Of a DNA stretch of 64,000 bases, positions 24,997 through 33,219 are shown in pieces (the stretch's first letter is position 1; each line of letters starts with the position of its first letter). The notes beneath the pieces are model-generated. The model was not told the DNA's origin. It ran no database searches and saw only the letters and a program-made list of their open reading frames with translations. The translations under genes were made by a program, and so were the position numbers. Source of the DNA: Planctomycetota bacterium. GTDB lineage: Bacteria > Planctomycetota > UBA8742 > JACQVU01 > JANLHZ01. The stretch is taken from positions 400 through 64,399 of the forward strand of contig JANLHZ010000293.1 of assembly GCA_024653775.1 (NCBI GenBank), given 5' to 3'.

Positions 24997-25584
24997 TTAT
25001 ACCGATAAAAATTCTGTTTTCAAAATGCCGTACATCTCGATGTCTTCGAGTTTTCCCCAGCGGAACATATGTTTCCTGCGCGAGCCTTCGTGCATCATTC
25101 CGGCTTTCAGAAGAACGCGTCCGGACGCTGGGTTTTTCGACATGTGGTGCGCGTGTACGCGGATCAGCCCTAGCGTCGTGAAGGCGAAGTCGATCACCGC
25201 GCGCGCCGCTTCGGTGCAGTAGCCGTTACCACAGAACGGTTTTCCGATCCAGTAGCCGACCTCCGCCTGATGCTCCTTCTGGATGTCCATCAGTCCTATC
25301 GCTCCAAGAAGCTCGCCCGTTTCTTTGAGGGTGATCGCGAGCGCGACTCCGCTACAGGTATCGAAATCCTTCCGATGAGTCGAAATCCATTCCGCCGCGG
25401 CGCCTTCAGGATAGGGGTGGGGGATGTGTGCGGTCATCTCCGCGATGGCATAATCCCCAGCCAGACGCTGCACGTCCGCCGCGTCGGAAAGTTCGAACGG
25501 GCGGAGGATTAGTCGCGAAGTTTCAAGATTCGGAATCGCCACGGGCAGCCCCATCAATAAATTGGTTTCAAAGTTATGAAACAA
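24997..25584 (-). CDS. GNAT family N-acetyltransferase (RimJ/RimL-like).
   Basis: LRPFELSDAADV..., IGLMDIQKEHQAEVGYWIGKPFCGNGYCTEAARAVIDFAF is typical of the GNAT acetyl-CoA binding core. Confidence 0.75.
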   Translation of the reverse strand: MFHNFETNLLMGLPVAIPNLETSRLILRPFELSDAADVQRLAGDYAIAEMTAHIPHPYPEGAAAEWISTHRKDFDTCSGVALAITLKETGELLGAIGLMDIQKEHQAEVGYWIGKPFCGNGYCTEAARAVIDFAFTTLGLIRVHAHHMSKNPASGRVLLKAGMMHEGSRRKHMFRWGKLEDIEMYGILKTEFLSV

Positions 25585-25673
25585 CCAATTTCGCGAAGGG
25601 AACGAAATCTTTTAATTTTCTGCGAGTTTTCAGTTACGCGACAGATCGCGTCGTTTGCGGTCGCACTCCAGAC

Positions 25674-27758
25674 CTACTGTTTGTAGTGAACGATCGGGAG
25701 TTCTATCCCGCCGCCGGAAGCGAGGTCCATTCCGCTGGCGTCCGCGGATTCGGCCGGCCCGATGTGGCTGTGCCGCGGGTTGACGAGGTTTCGGTGATGG
25801 CCGCCGTCCCAGCGCCAGTTATCCATCGCGGTGCGGATTCCGCCCTGAGCAATATTCTCGCCCACGGTGTTGAACGGATAGCCCTGTCTGCGAATCCTGC
25901 TGCTGAGGTCGCGGGTCTCGGGAGTCTTTCCGTCGTGGCCGAAGAAGTCGTACGCCGCCATCTGTTCGAGGTGGCCGATCATCGCCTGCGTGACCTGGGA
26001 CTGAATCTGCAGCGGCGACATCATAAGCTGCGCGCGATACCAGTTGTTGTATTCGGTCGCGTCGCGCACGGCGCGGGACGCCTCGACCTGCATATTCTTG
26101 TTCAGATCGTTAACCATGTAATGCACGGCCATGAAGAACATGACGCGCTCGTATCCTTCGAGTGCGGGGCCTGGCTCGACGGTCCAATCGACCTCCGCAG
26201 CCGCGTTTTGGCTCGTCTCCGTGGTGCTAACCTGCGCGCCCGTTCTGTACGTTCCCGCGTACCCGAGCGAACTCGCGCCGAGCGGGAAACCGAGGCCCGT
26301 CGGGAGTCCGATCATGTTCCCGCCGCGCTCATTTGGAAGTTGTCTGCGTGGGCTTGACGACGCGCTCGCCCTTCTCGGCGCAGGCGACTCGGCACCGGCG
26401 CCCGACGCGGAATTCGATCCCGCGGTTCCGGCCTGCGCTCCGGCGTTTCCGCGCGAAGTCGAGGTCGAAGCCGCGGCTCCGGAGTTCGAACGTCCGGAAT
26501 TGTTCGCTGGCGTGCCCCAGTCGTCATCATTATTCGTGTTCCGCCCGGCGTTATTGCTGCCGGAGTTCGAAGCGTTTCCGCGCGAGTTCGCGCCCGAGTT
26601 CGAATTTCCCCGCGGCGTGGTGCGCTCGGGATAATCGCTCTCGCGCTCCGGATAGTCGCTGCTTTCGGGATAGTCGGAGCCGCCGGTGCCGCCGCCGAGT
26701 CCGTAAGGATCTCCGCCGAGTCCGCGCATTCCGGGGAGTCCGAGGTCGTCGCCGGTTCCGCCCGGTCCGAGAAGCTCTTCGTCGGATTCTGGCAGATCGC
26801 CGAGGAATCCGCGGTCAGCGACCCAGTCTCCTGCTCCGGATGGACGCGTTCCCTCGGAGTCGCTGTAGTCTTCCATTTCCTGCCAGAACGGATTGTTGCG
26901 GGCGCCGTAGCTTCCTCCTTCCATTCCGGGCATTCCTGGGAGGTTCTGGTCGGCTCCGGGGAGCGGGTTTCCCATGGGATCGACTCCGCCTCCGCCCGCG
27001 CCGCCGTTCTGTGCGCCTTGTCCGACGCCTGCGCCCGAGTTCGAGCCGGCGGACGATCCTGACGCGGAGAAGCCGTGGTAGATCAGGAGCGCCTTGCGCC
27101 AGTCTTTCAGCTTCAGGAACATCATTCCCTGAAGGAATCTCGACATTTCCGGCTGTGCGCGGGGAGTTTCGCGGGAATGATCCTTCAGCACTTTTTCGAA
27201 TTCCGCGAGCAACTTGCGCGACGCGATGATCTTGTCCGCGAACTCCTGCACCGCCTCCCGCGAGGTCTGGTTGTACGCGCGAAGATCGCCTTCGAAGCTG
27301 CGTTTGAAATCCCGGAAGATGTTGTCGAGGGCTGTGAACTGCTCCGCGACGAAATCGTAGCCGATGTAAGGGCCGCTGACGGGGCCGTTCGGATTCGGGA
27401 ACGCGACGGTGTCGAAAATCGTGTCGAGGGTTTTCTTCGACTGCGCTTCCCAGGCTTCGCGAATGGCTTTCGTGGCCTCGATATTAGCCTTGTAGTTTCC
27501 GAAGAGCGCTTCGAACTTCTCGATGTTGTCCTCCAGATCGCCCGCCTGACGCTGGTACTCCTGCGAAATGGTGTCGAGCGCGAGCGGTTTTTCCGTATCG
27601 CTGAGCTTATCGATCGCGGAATACGCCTCGGCGCGAGCGGTCGAACTATCGCTCCGCACCGCGCGTCTGATGTCGCTGAGGCTCATCTCTTCGCTCATCG
27701 CGGAAATGGCGAAAAGTCCGAGAATTCCGATCGAGGCTAAAAATGCTCTGAATTTCAT
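25674..27758 (-). CDS. Secreted CAP/SCP (PR-1-like) domain protein with a long G/S/N-rich disordered linker.
   Basis: Signal peptide MKFRAFLASIGILGLFAISAMS. C-terminal GHDGKTPETR...GENIAQG...GGHHRNLVNPRHSHIG is CAP-like. Confidence 0.6.
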   Translation of the reverse strand: MKFRAFLASIGILGLFAISAMSEEMSLSDIRRAVRSDSSTARAEAYSAIDKLSDTEKPLALDTISQEYQRQAGDLEDNIEKFEALFGNYKANIEATKAIREAWEAQSKKTLDTIFDTVAFPNPNGPVSGPYIGYDFVAEQFTALDNIFRDFKRSFEGDLRAYNQTSREAVQEFADKIIASRKLLAEFEKVLKDHSRETPRAQPEMSRFLQGMMFLKLKDWRKALLIYHGFSASGSSAGSNSGAGVGQGAQNGGAGGGGVDPMGNPLPGADQNLPGMPGMEGGSYGARNNPFWQEMEDYSDSEGTRPSGAGDWVADRGFLGDLPESDEELLGPGGTGDDLGLPGMRGLGGDPYGLGGGTGGSDYPESSDYPERESDYPERTTPRGNSNSGANSRGNASNSGSNNAGRNTNNDDDWGTPANNSGRSNSGAAASTSTSRGNAGAQAGTAGSNSASGAGAESPAPRRASASSSPRRQLPNERGGNMIGLPTGLGFPLGASSLGYAGTYRTGAQVSTTETSQNAAAEVDWTVEPGPALEGYERVMFFMAVHYMVNDLNKNMQVEASRAVRDATEYNNWYRAQLMMSPLQIQSQVTQAMIGHLEQMAAYDFFGHDGKTPETRDLSSRIRRQGYPFNTVGENIAQGGIRTAMDNWRWDGGHHRNLVNPRHSHIGPAESADASGMDLASGGGIELPIVHYKQ

Positions 27759-27792
27759 GGTGGCTCCGGAAAACTTGAAATGTGGTCGCTGG

Positions 27793-27820
27793 TTGTTAGT
27801 TGTTAGTTGTTAGTTGTTAG
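27793..27820. repeat. (TTGTTAG)x4, i.e. (CTAACAA)x4 on the coding strand. Heptanucleotide tandem repeat 35 nt upstream of the CAP-protein start codon.
   Basis: Read directly: ggTTGTTAGTTGTTAGTTGTTAGTTGTTAGag. Confidence 0.95.
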
Positions 27821-27868
27821 AGTCGGTTTATCAATTCTTCGAGTCGAATCATCAAGGCTCTGGATTCG

Positions 27869-28831
27869 TCAATCCGATCGTCCACTATAATTGTTTACCC
27901 GTACGAGTTCAAAAGTCTCTTTGAAGTGAATCGTAGGGGGCATACCCGTGGACCTTTCCTTCATATGGTCGAAAATCAGGCTCACCTTTTCGAACGCGCC
28001 TATGCGGTCATCGAAGACGGCTTCGCCGGTTCCGGTGACGATCTGGCGCCAATAATCGCTTTCGCCAATGGTTCCACCCTCGCCCGAAAGCTGCGCGACC
28101 ATCGAAAAACGATGGAATTTCCGCTCATCGACCTCGCTCGCGCTCTCGTACGTCCAGACGATCTTCCCCTTCGGCGTCCAGGGATCAGAATTCCCGACGT
28201 GAGGAAAATCGCAGATGAGTTCCCATGACTTTCCGATTTTGTCCAGCAGCCGGTCTTCTTTCGGGAGCCTTGTGCACATTTCAAGAAACCACTGCTCCGA
28301 AGCAAACCTCCTTGTCAGGGAATCGTAGTCCTCGTCCGAGACCATCAGTCCGTTTTCCGGGGTCCATTCGTAACTGTAATCGAGTTTCAGTTCCGGACCG
28401 CCACTGATCTCGATGCCGTCCATCGAGGCGTCCACGAAGAACCGCAGTTTGTGAAGGTTTCCCGCGCGGCTCAGGAACACCTTCTTTTTTGATGATGGGA
28501 GCTGGCTGCCCATTTCGCCGCGAAGGGCGCCGAAGCCGCCCATATCCTGGGCGACCCGCGTCATCAGGTATTCGATTTCGAGTCCATCGGGGACGTCGAA
28601 GGTCAGTGATGGCAGCTTCTGACTTTTCGAGGAATAGAAATACAGTGCCACGCCTATGAGGACGAGCAGAACTCCAATCGAAACGAGGCTCTTGCTGCCG
28701 AGATTCTTATGCACTGGTGGAAGTCTCAATCCCAGGGATTCCGGAAAACGCGAACGCGCGTACCAAGCTATAAACGAGTCCCGGAGTAAAAAAGTTCGCC
28801 CGACGAAATTATGACGTCCGAGAACGGCCAC
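27869..28831 (-). CDS. Hypothetical membrane-anchored protein (single N-terminal TM), function unknown.
   Basis: TM segment LVSIGVLLVLIGVALYFY. The start may lie internal to the ORF. No family recognised. Confidence 0.45.
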   Translation of the reverse strand: MAVLGRHNFVGRTFLLRDSFIAWYARSRFPESLGLRLPPVHKNLGSKSLVSIGVLLVLIGVALYFYSSKSQKLPSLTFDVPDGLEIEYLMTRVAQDMGGFGALRGEMGSQLPSSKKKVFLSRAGNLHKLRFFVDASMDGIEISGGPELKLDYSYEWTPENGLMVSDEDYDSLTRRFASEQWFLEMCTRLPKEDRLLDKIGKSWELICDFPHVGNSDPWTPKGKIVWTYESASEVDERKFHRFSMVAQLSGEGGTIGESDYWRQIVTGTGEAVFDDRIGAFEKVSLIFDHMKERSTGMPPTIHFKETFELVRVNNYSGRSD

Positions 28832-28954
28832 TGGTTCCAGGATTCCAAGATATTCGATTTTGTTCTTTCCAGCGTGAGAACAATGAAACTATCATAATGT
28901 TCCGTATATCCCGATTTGCTTCCGCAATCCCACCAAAATTCGAAAGGCCGATAG

Positions 28955-30661
28955 ATGAGAGAATGGCGTCAGGATTGGAGAGACATCTTCCACACCTTCC
29001 GGATTGCAATCGACCCTCGAAAACTTCTCCTTACATTCGCTGGAGTCGCGTTCACCATAACGGTTCTGATAGTCTGGTGGTGGGTGTGGGGGAACCTCGA
29101 AGCGACCAGGTCCGTGCTTCAGGACGCGGACGGCACGATGGCGGACGAGGAAGGCGTAGCGAACGTGGTGCGGGACGGCGATGACATCTGGTCGCCGCTT
29201 TCATGGGTTCTCGAAAAAGGACTGTTCTACGAACCCGATGGCGGCGAGCCTGCTCCGGTGGTGAAACAGTTCAGTCTCTCGCGTTCTTCGCTCGGGCTTG
29301 TGAAGCAATTCTTCAACGATTTCGTCTTTAGCCCGCCGACGCTGTTCTACACGTTTTTGCTGATCGTGTTCAAGGTCGTCGCGTGGGTCGTATGGGCGCT
29401 GCTTGCGGGCGCGATAAGCAGGATCACCGCGATCGAAATCGCGCGGGACGAACGAATCGACATCAAGGAGGCGCTACAGTATTCATGGAACAAGCTATCG
29501 AGCCTTTTCTGGAGTCCGCTATTCCCGTTAGTCGCGGTGGGCGTTCTCGCGGCGTGCATCTTCCTCTGGGGACTCGTCGGCGCGATTCCGTGGATCGGGC
29601 CGCTCGTCACCGCCATTACGTCGCCGCTCGCGATATTCACCGCGGTGCTGATGGCGTTCGGCATAATCGGATTCATCGTAGGCTGGCCTCTGATGGGACC
29701 GGCGATCTGCGCGGAAGGAACCGACCTTTTCGACGGAGTCTCGAAGGCGTATAGCTACGTCTACTCGAAACCGTGGCATCTCATTTTCTATCGCTACGTT
29801 CTCGGTGCGTTCTACTGCGTGATCACGACGATCTTCGTGTGGGTGTTCGCGCTGGTTTTCCTCTGGTGCATGTTCGCGCCCGCCACCGCGGCGTGGAGCT
29901 GGGCGTCGGACGATCCGCAGATCTACAAGTTCTACAGATTCATGAACATCGATAAAAATCTCGTCCAGGCGGACAGATGCATCGACAGCACGCTCGACAA
30001 CTGCGTTGTCGCGGGAGTGAACCCGTTCGCTCCGCAGATCGGGGACGAAAAGTTCGAGCTGAAAAACGTCATCGAGGTTTCCGCTCCGTTCAAGGAAGCG
30101 GGCGTCGACGAAAACGCCCCAAGACCCGTGCTCTTCGGCGACGAGGAGAAAGACCTCGATTTCTGGATGTCGCTCTTCACGCTCGGCGTCGGGACGCTGC
30201 TCGTCTTCGCTCTCGGCGTGGCGCTGATTTTCCCGATCAACTTCCTGATCACTCTCGAAACGATCATCTACTTCCTGATGCGCAGGAAGGTCGACGGCGT
30301 AAGGATGAGCGAGGTATATCTCGAAGAAGACGAGGAGCAGTTCGACGCCTTCGAGGCGCTTGGGCTGAAGCCGGTGACGGTTCCGCCTTTCGGCTCGGGA
30401 GCCGGAGCCGGAATAGCGACGACTTTCGACCTTGCGGAACCCTCTAAGGCCGCGGCCGCGCCTTCGGAAGCTCCTCCGACAGAGGCGGATGAGCCGGAAG
30501 CCGCAGAGACGACTCCATCCGGCAGGAAGAAGGCGGCGCCTTCGAAACGCTCCGGCCGCAAAGCCGCGCCAAAGAAGACTTCCGCCCGTAAATCCACGGC
30601 AAAGAAGAAAGCTCCTTCCAAGCGGAGCACGCGTAAGGATCTCGATTCCGAGCGGGACTGA
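28955..30661 (+). CDS. Polytopic membrane protein with a lysine/alanine/proline-rich (histone H1/AlgP-like) C-terminal tail.
   Basis: At least 8 hydrophobic helices. C-terminus KKAAPSKRSGRKAAPKKTSARKSTAKKKAPSKR. Confidence 0.55.
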   Translation: MREWRQDWRDIFHTFRIAIDPRKLLLTFAGVAFTITVLIVWWWVWGNLEATRSVLQDADGTMADEEGVANVVRDGDDIWSPLSWVLEKGLFYEPDGGEPAPVVKQFSLSRSSLGLVKQFFNDFVFSPPTLFYTFLLIVFKVVAWVVWALLAGAISRITAIEIARDERIDIKEALQYSWNKLSSLFWSPLFPLVAVGVLAACIFLWGLVGAIPWIGPLVTAITSPLAIFTAVLMAFGIIGFIVGWPLMGPAICAEGTDLFDGVSKAYSYVYSKPWHLIFYRYVLGAFYCVITTIFVWVFALVFLWCMFAPATAAWSWASDDPQIYKFYRFMNIDKNLVQADRCIDSTLDNCVVAGVNPFAPQIGDEKFELKNVIEVSAPFKEAGVDENAPRPVLFGDEEKDLDFWMSLFTLGVGTLLVFALGVALIFPINFLITLETIIYFLMRRKVDGVRMSEVYLEEDEEQFDAFEALGLKPVTVPPFGSGAGAGIATTFDLAEPSKAAAAPSEAPPTEADEPEAAETTPSGRKKAAPSKRSGRKAAPKKTSARKSTAKKKAPSKRSTRKDLDSERD

Positions 30662-30662
30662 A

Positions 30663-31871
30663 TTACAAAAGTTGTGAAAGAAATGTACTGGCTGGAACTT
30701 TGATCGGACTACCTGGATTTTCAAAGCAGTTTGCGTCAACGTACTCGTCATCGATGGAAACCTGAAAAGCGAATGGCGCTCTAATCTGATTTTGAAAGTA
30801 TCCAAGACTCGGACTCAAGGGTTCGTCGGACATCTTCACCTCGATTATAAACCAGGGTTCTTCGTCGCGGATTACGACGAAATCTACTTCGCGTTTTTCC
30901 TTGTCGCGAAGATAACAGAGTTGGAACTTCCCGAAACCAAGGTCCGTCCAGTTCTCCACCGCCTTCAGCAGGTGGCACGCGACAAAGGTCTCCGCTTTCT
31001 GCCCGGCGTCAGTCACCTCCGACCAGTCGCGCAGGAACCACTTTGGCTCCTTTCTAAGCGAACGGGCGACATTTTTGAACCACGGACGGACGAAGAATCC
31101 GAAATGCAGCGAGCACAGCGACTCCGTCCAGTTTTTCGTGGTTACGTCCGAGGTTCGCAGTTCCCTGGCGAGATTGCTGTAAACAAGTTGACATGAGGAA
31201 CGCGTGGAAAGAATCCGAGCCAGCACTTCTATCTGGTCTAGCTGCGCTATGCCCGTCAGGTCGCGGATGTCCTCTCGAATAATCTGTTCCCTTCGGAGCG
31301 ACGTCCATCGTCTGGTGAAGCGATCGTCGCGCTTTAGAAATGGCTCCGGGAAGCCGCCGTGGCGCCAGAGCGAGTCGAATTCCGTCTGTTTCGCTTTTTG
31401 GGGAGGGCGGACTATCGTTTTCGGATCCGGAATGCTCTGGCGGATCGTTTCCGCAAGAGTGAATGGATGCATGCGGTAATAGAAGTATCGGCCCATCAGG
31501 CTGTCGCCGCCTCGTTTATAGACATCCAGCCTGCTGCTTCCTGTCACGATAGTTCTGGCGCGCTCCGAATAAACGTCGAAGAATCCTTTCAGGAAGCTCT
31601 TCCAGCGCGGGAACTTATGGAGTTCATCGAATACAATCACCGGAGCTTTCGACTTCATTCGATCGATCCCGTAACTCGCGGCGATTGCCCGCGGACCGCT
31701 CATTATTTTCTCGCGATCGTCGACGTCATCCCAGTTTACATAGGCGTCCGACTGCATTCGGCACGTTGTTGTTTTACCAACTTGCCTGGGCCCGCTTACG
31801 AACGCCATCTGTCTGTACAACCCGAGGTGTTCTTCGAGTATTGCGTCGTATATTCGTTTTGAGCCGTCCAT
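30663..31871 (-). CDS. AAA+ ATPase of the AAA_14/DUF4143 family.
   Basis: N-terminal MAFVSGPRQVGKTT P-loop in the context typical of DUF4143 ATP-binding proteins. Stop codon 1 nt from the stop of the convergent upstream gene. Confidence 0.7.
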   Translation of the reverse strand: MDGSKRIYDAILEEHLGLYRQMAFVSGPRQVGKTTTCRMQSDAYVNWDDVDDREKIMSGPRAIAASYGIDRMKSKAPVIVFDELHKFPRWKSFLKGFFDVYSERARTIVTGSSRLDVYKRGGDSLMGRYFYYRMHPFTLAETIRQSIPDPKTIVRPPQKAKQTEFDSLWRHGGFPEPFLKRDDRFTRRWTSLRREQIIREDIRDLTGIAQLDQIEVLARILSTRSSCQLVYSNLARELRTSDVTTKNWTESLCSLHFGFFVRPWFKNVARSLRKEPKWFLRDWSEVTDAGQKAETFVACHLLKAVENWTDLGFGKFQLCYLRDKEKREVDFVVIRDEEPWFIIEVKMSDEPLSPSLGYFQNQIRAPFAFQVSIDDEYVDANCFENPGSPIKVPASTFLSQLL

Positions 31872-32009
31872 TCTGGGACATAATATATATATGACTTCGA
31901 ATTAGTCCAGACCATTTCGAATCATACTTCGAAATAGTCATGACTATTTCGAAGTATGATTCGAAATGGTCTGGACTAATTCGAAGTCATATATATATTA
32001 TGTCCCAGA
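31872..32009. other. Palindrome axis: 138-bp AT-rich region between the two divergent AAA-ATPase gene copies. Nested hairpins: atttcgaa-tcatac-ttcgaaat at 31914..31935, mirrored at 31946..31967.
   Basis: Direct reading: ...ttcgaattagtccagaccatttcgaatcatacttcgaaatagtca|tgactatttcgaagtatgattcgaaatggtctggactaattcgaa... The TTCGAA motif occurs three times per side, and a TATATATAT run sits at 31882..31892. Confidence 0.9.
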
Positions 32010-33218
32010 ATGGACGGCTCAAAACGAATATACGACGCAATACTCGAAGAACACCTCGGGTTGTACAGACAGATGGCGTTCGTAAGCGGGCCCAGGCAAG
32101 TTGGTAAAACAACAACGTGCCGAATGCAGTCGGACGCCTATGTAAACTGGGATGACGTCGACGATCGCGAGAAAATAATGAGCGGTCCGCGGGCAATCGC
32201 CGCGAGTTACGGGATCGATCGAATGAAGTCGAAAGCTCCGGTGATTGTATTCGATGAACTCCATAAGTTCCCGCGCTGGAAGAGCTTCCTGAAAGGATTC
32301 TTCGACGTTTATTCGGAGCGCGCCAGAACTATCGTGACAGGAAGCAGCAGGCTGGATGTCTATAAACGAGGCGGCGACAGCCTGATGGGCCGATACTTCT
32401 ATTACCGCATGCATCCATTCACTCTTGCGGAAACGATCCGCCAGAGCATTCCGGATCCGAAAACGATAGTCCGCCCTCCCCAAAAAGCGAAACAGACGGA
32501 ATTCGACTCGCTCTGGCGCCACGGCGGCTTCCCGGAGCCATTTCTAAAGCGCGACGATCGCTTCACCAGACGATGGACGTCGCTCCGAAGGGAACAGATT
32601 ATTCGAGAGGACATCCGCGACCTGACGGGCATAGCGCAGCTAGACCAGATAGAAGTGCTGGCTCGGATTCTTTCCACGCGTTCCTCATGTCAACTTGTTT
32701 ACAGCAATCTCGCCAGGGAACTGCGAACCTCGGACGTAACCACGAAAAACTGGACGGAGTCGCTGTGCTCGCTGCATTTCGGATTCTTCGTCCGTCCGTG
32801 GTTCAAAAATGTCGCCCGTTCGCTTAGAAAGGAGCCAAAGTGGTTCCTGCGCGACTGGTCGGAGGTGACTGACGCCGGGCAGAAAGCGGAGACCTTTGTC
32901 GCGTGCCACCTGCTGAAGGCGGTGGAGAACTGGACGGACCTTGGTTTCGGGAAGTTCCAACTCTGTTATCTTCGCGACAAGGAAAAACGCGAAGTAGATT
33001 TCGTCGTAATCCGCGACGAAGAACCCTGGTTTATAATCGAGGTGAAGATGTCCGACGAACCCTTGAGTCCGAGTCTTGGATACTTTCAAAATCAGATTAG
33101 AGCGCCATTCGCTTTTCAGGTTTCCATCGATGACGAGTACGTTGACGCAAACTGCTTTGAAAATCCAGGTAGTCCGATCAAAGTTCCAGCCAGTACATTT
33201 CTTTCACAACTTTTGTAA
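32010..33218 (+). CDS. AAA+ ATPase (AAA_14/DUF4143), mirror copy.
   Basis: Identical 402-aa translation to 30663..31871. Confidence 0.7.
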   Translation: MDGSKRIYDAILEEHLGLYRQMAFVSGPRQVGKTTTCRMQSDAYVNWDDVDDREKIMSGPRAIAASYGIDRMKSKAPVIVFDELHKFPRWKSFLKGFFDVYSERARTIVTGSSRLDVYKRGGDSLMGRYFYYRMHPFTLAETIRQSIPDPKTIVRPPQKAKQTEFDSLWRHGGFPEPFLKRDDRFTRRWTSLRREQIIREDIRDLTGIAQLDQIEVLARILSTRSSCQLVYSNLARELRTSDVTTKNWTESLCSLHFGFFVRPWFKNVARSLRKEPKWFLRDWSEVTDAGQKAETFVACHLLKAVENWTDLGFGKFQLCYLRDKEKREVDFVVIRDEEPWFIIEVKMSDEPLSPSLGYFQNQIRAPFAFQVSIDDEYVDANCFENPGSPIKVPASTFLSQLL

Positions 33219-33219
33219 T

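Noticed and set aside
31685-32196. Identical 69-aa ORF pair (31685..31894 + and 31987..32196 -) reaching across the palindrome axis.
   Set aside because: These are AT-rich promoter-region read-through ORFs antisense to the N-terminus of the AAA ATPase. They are duplicated only because of the palindrome and have no RBS or motif support.
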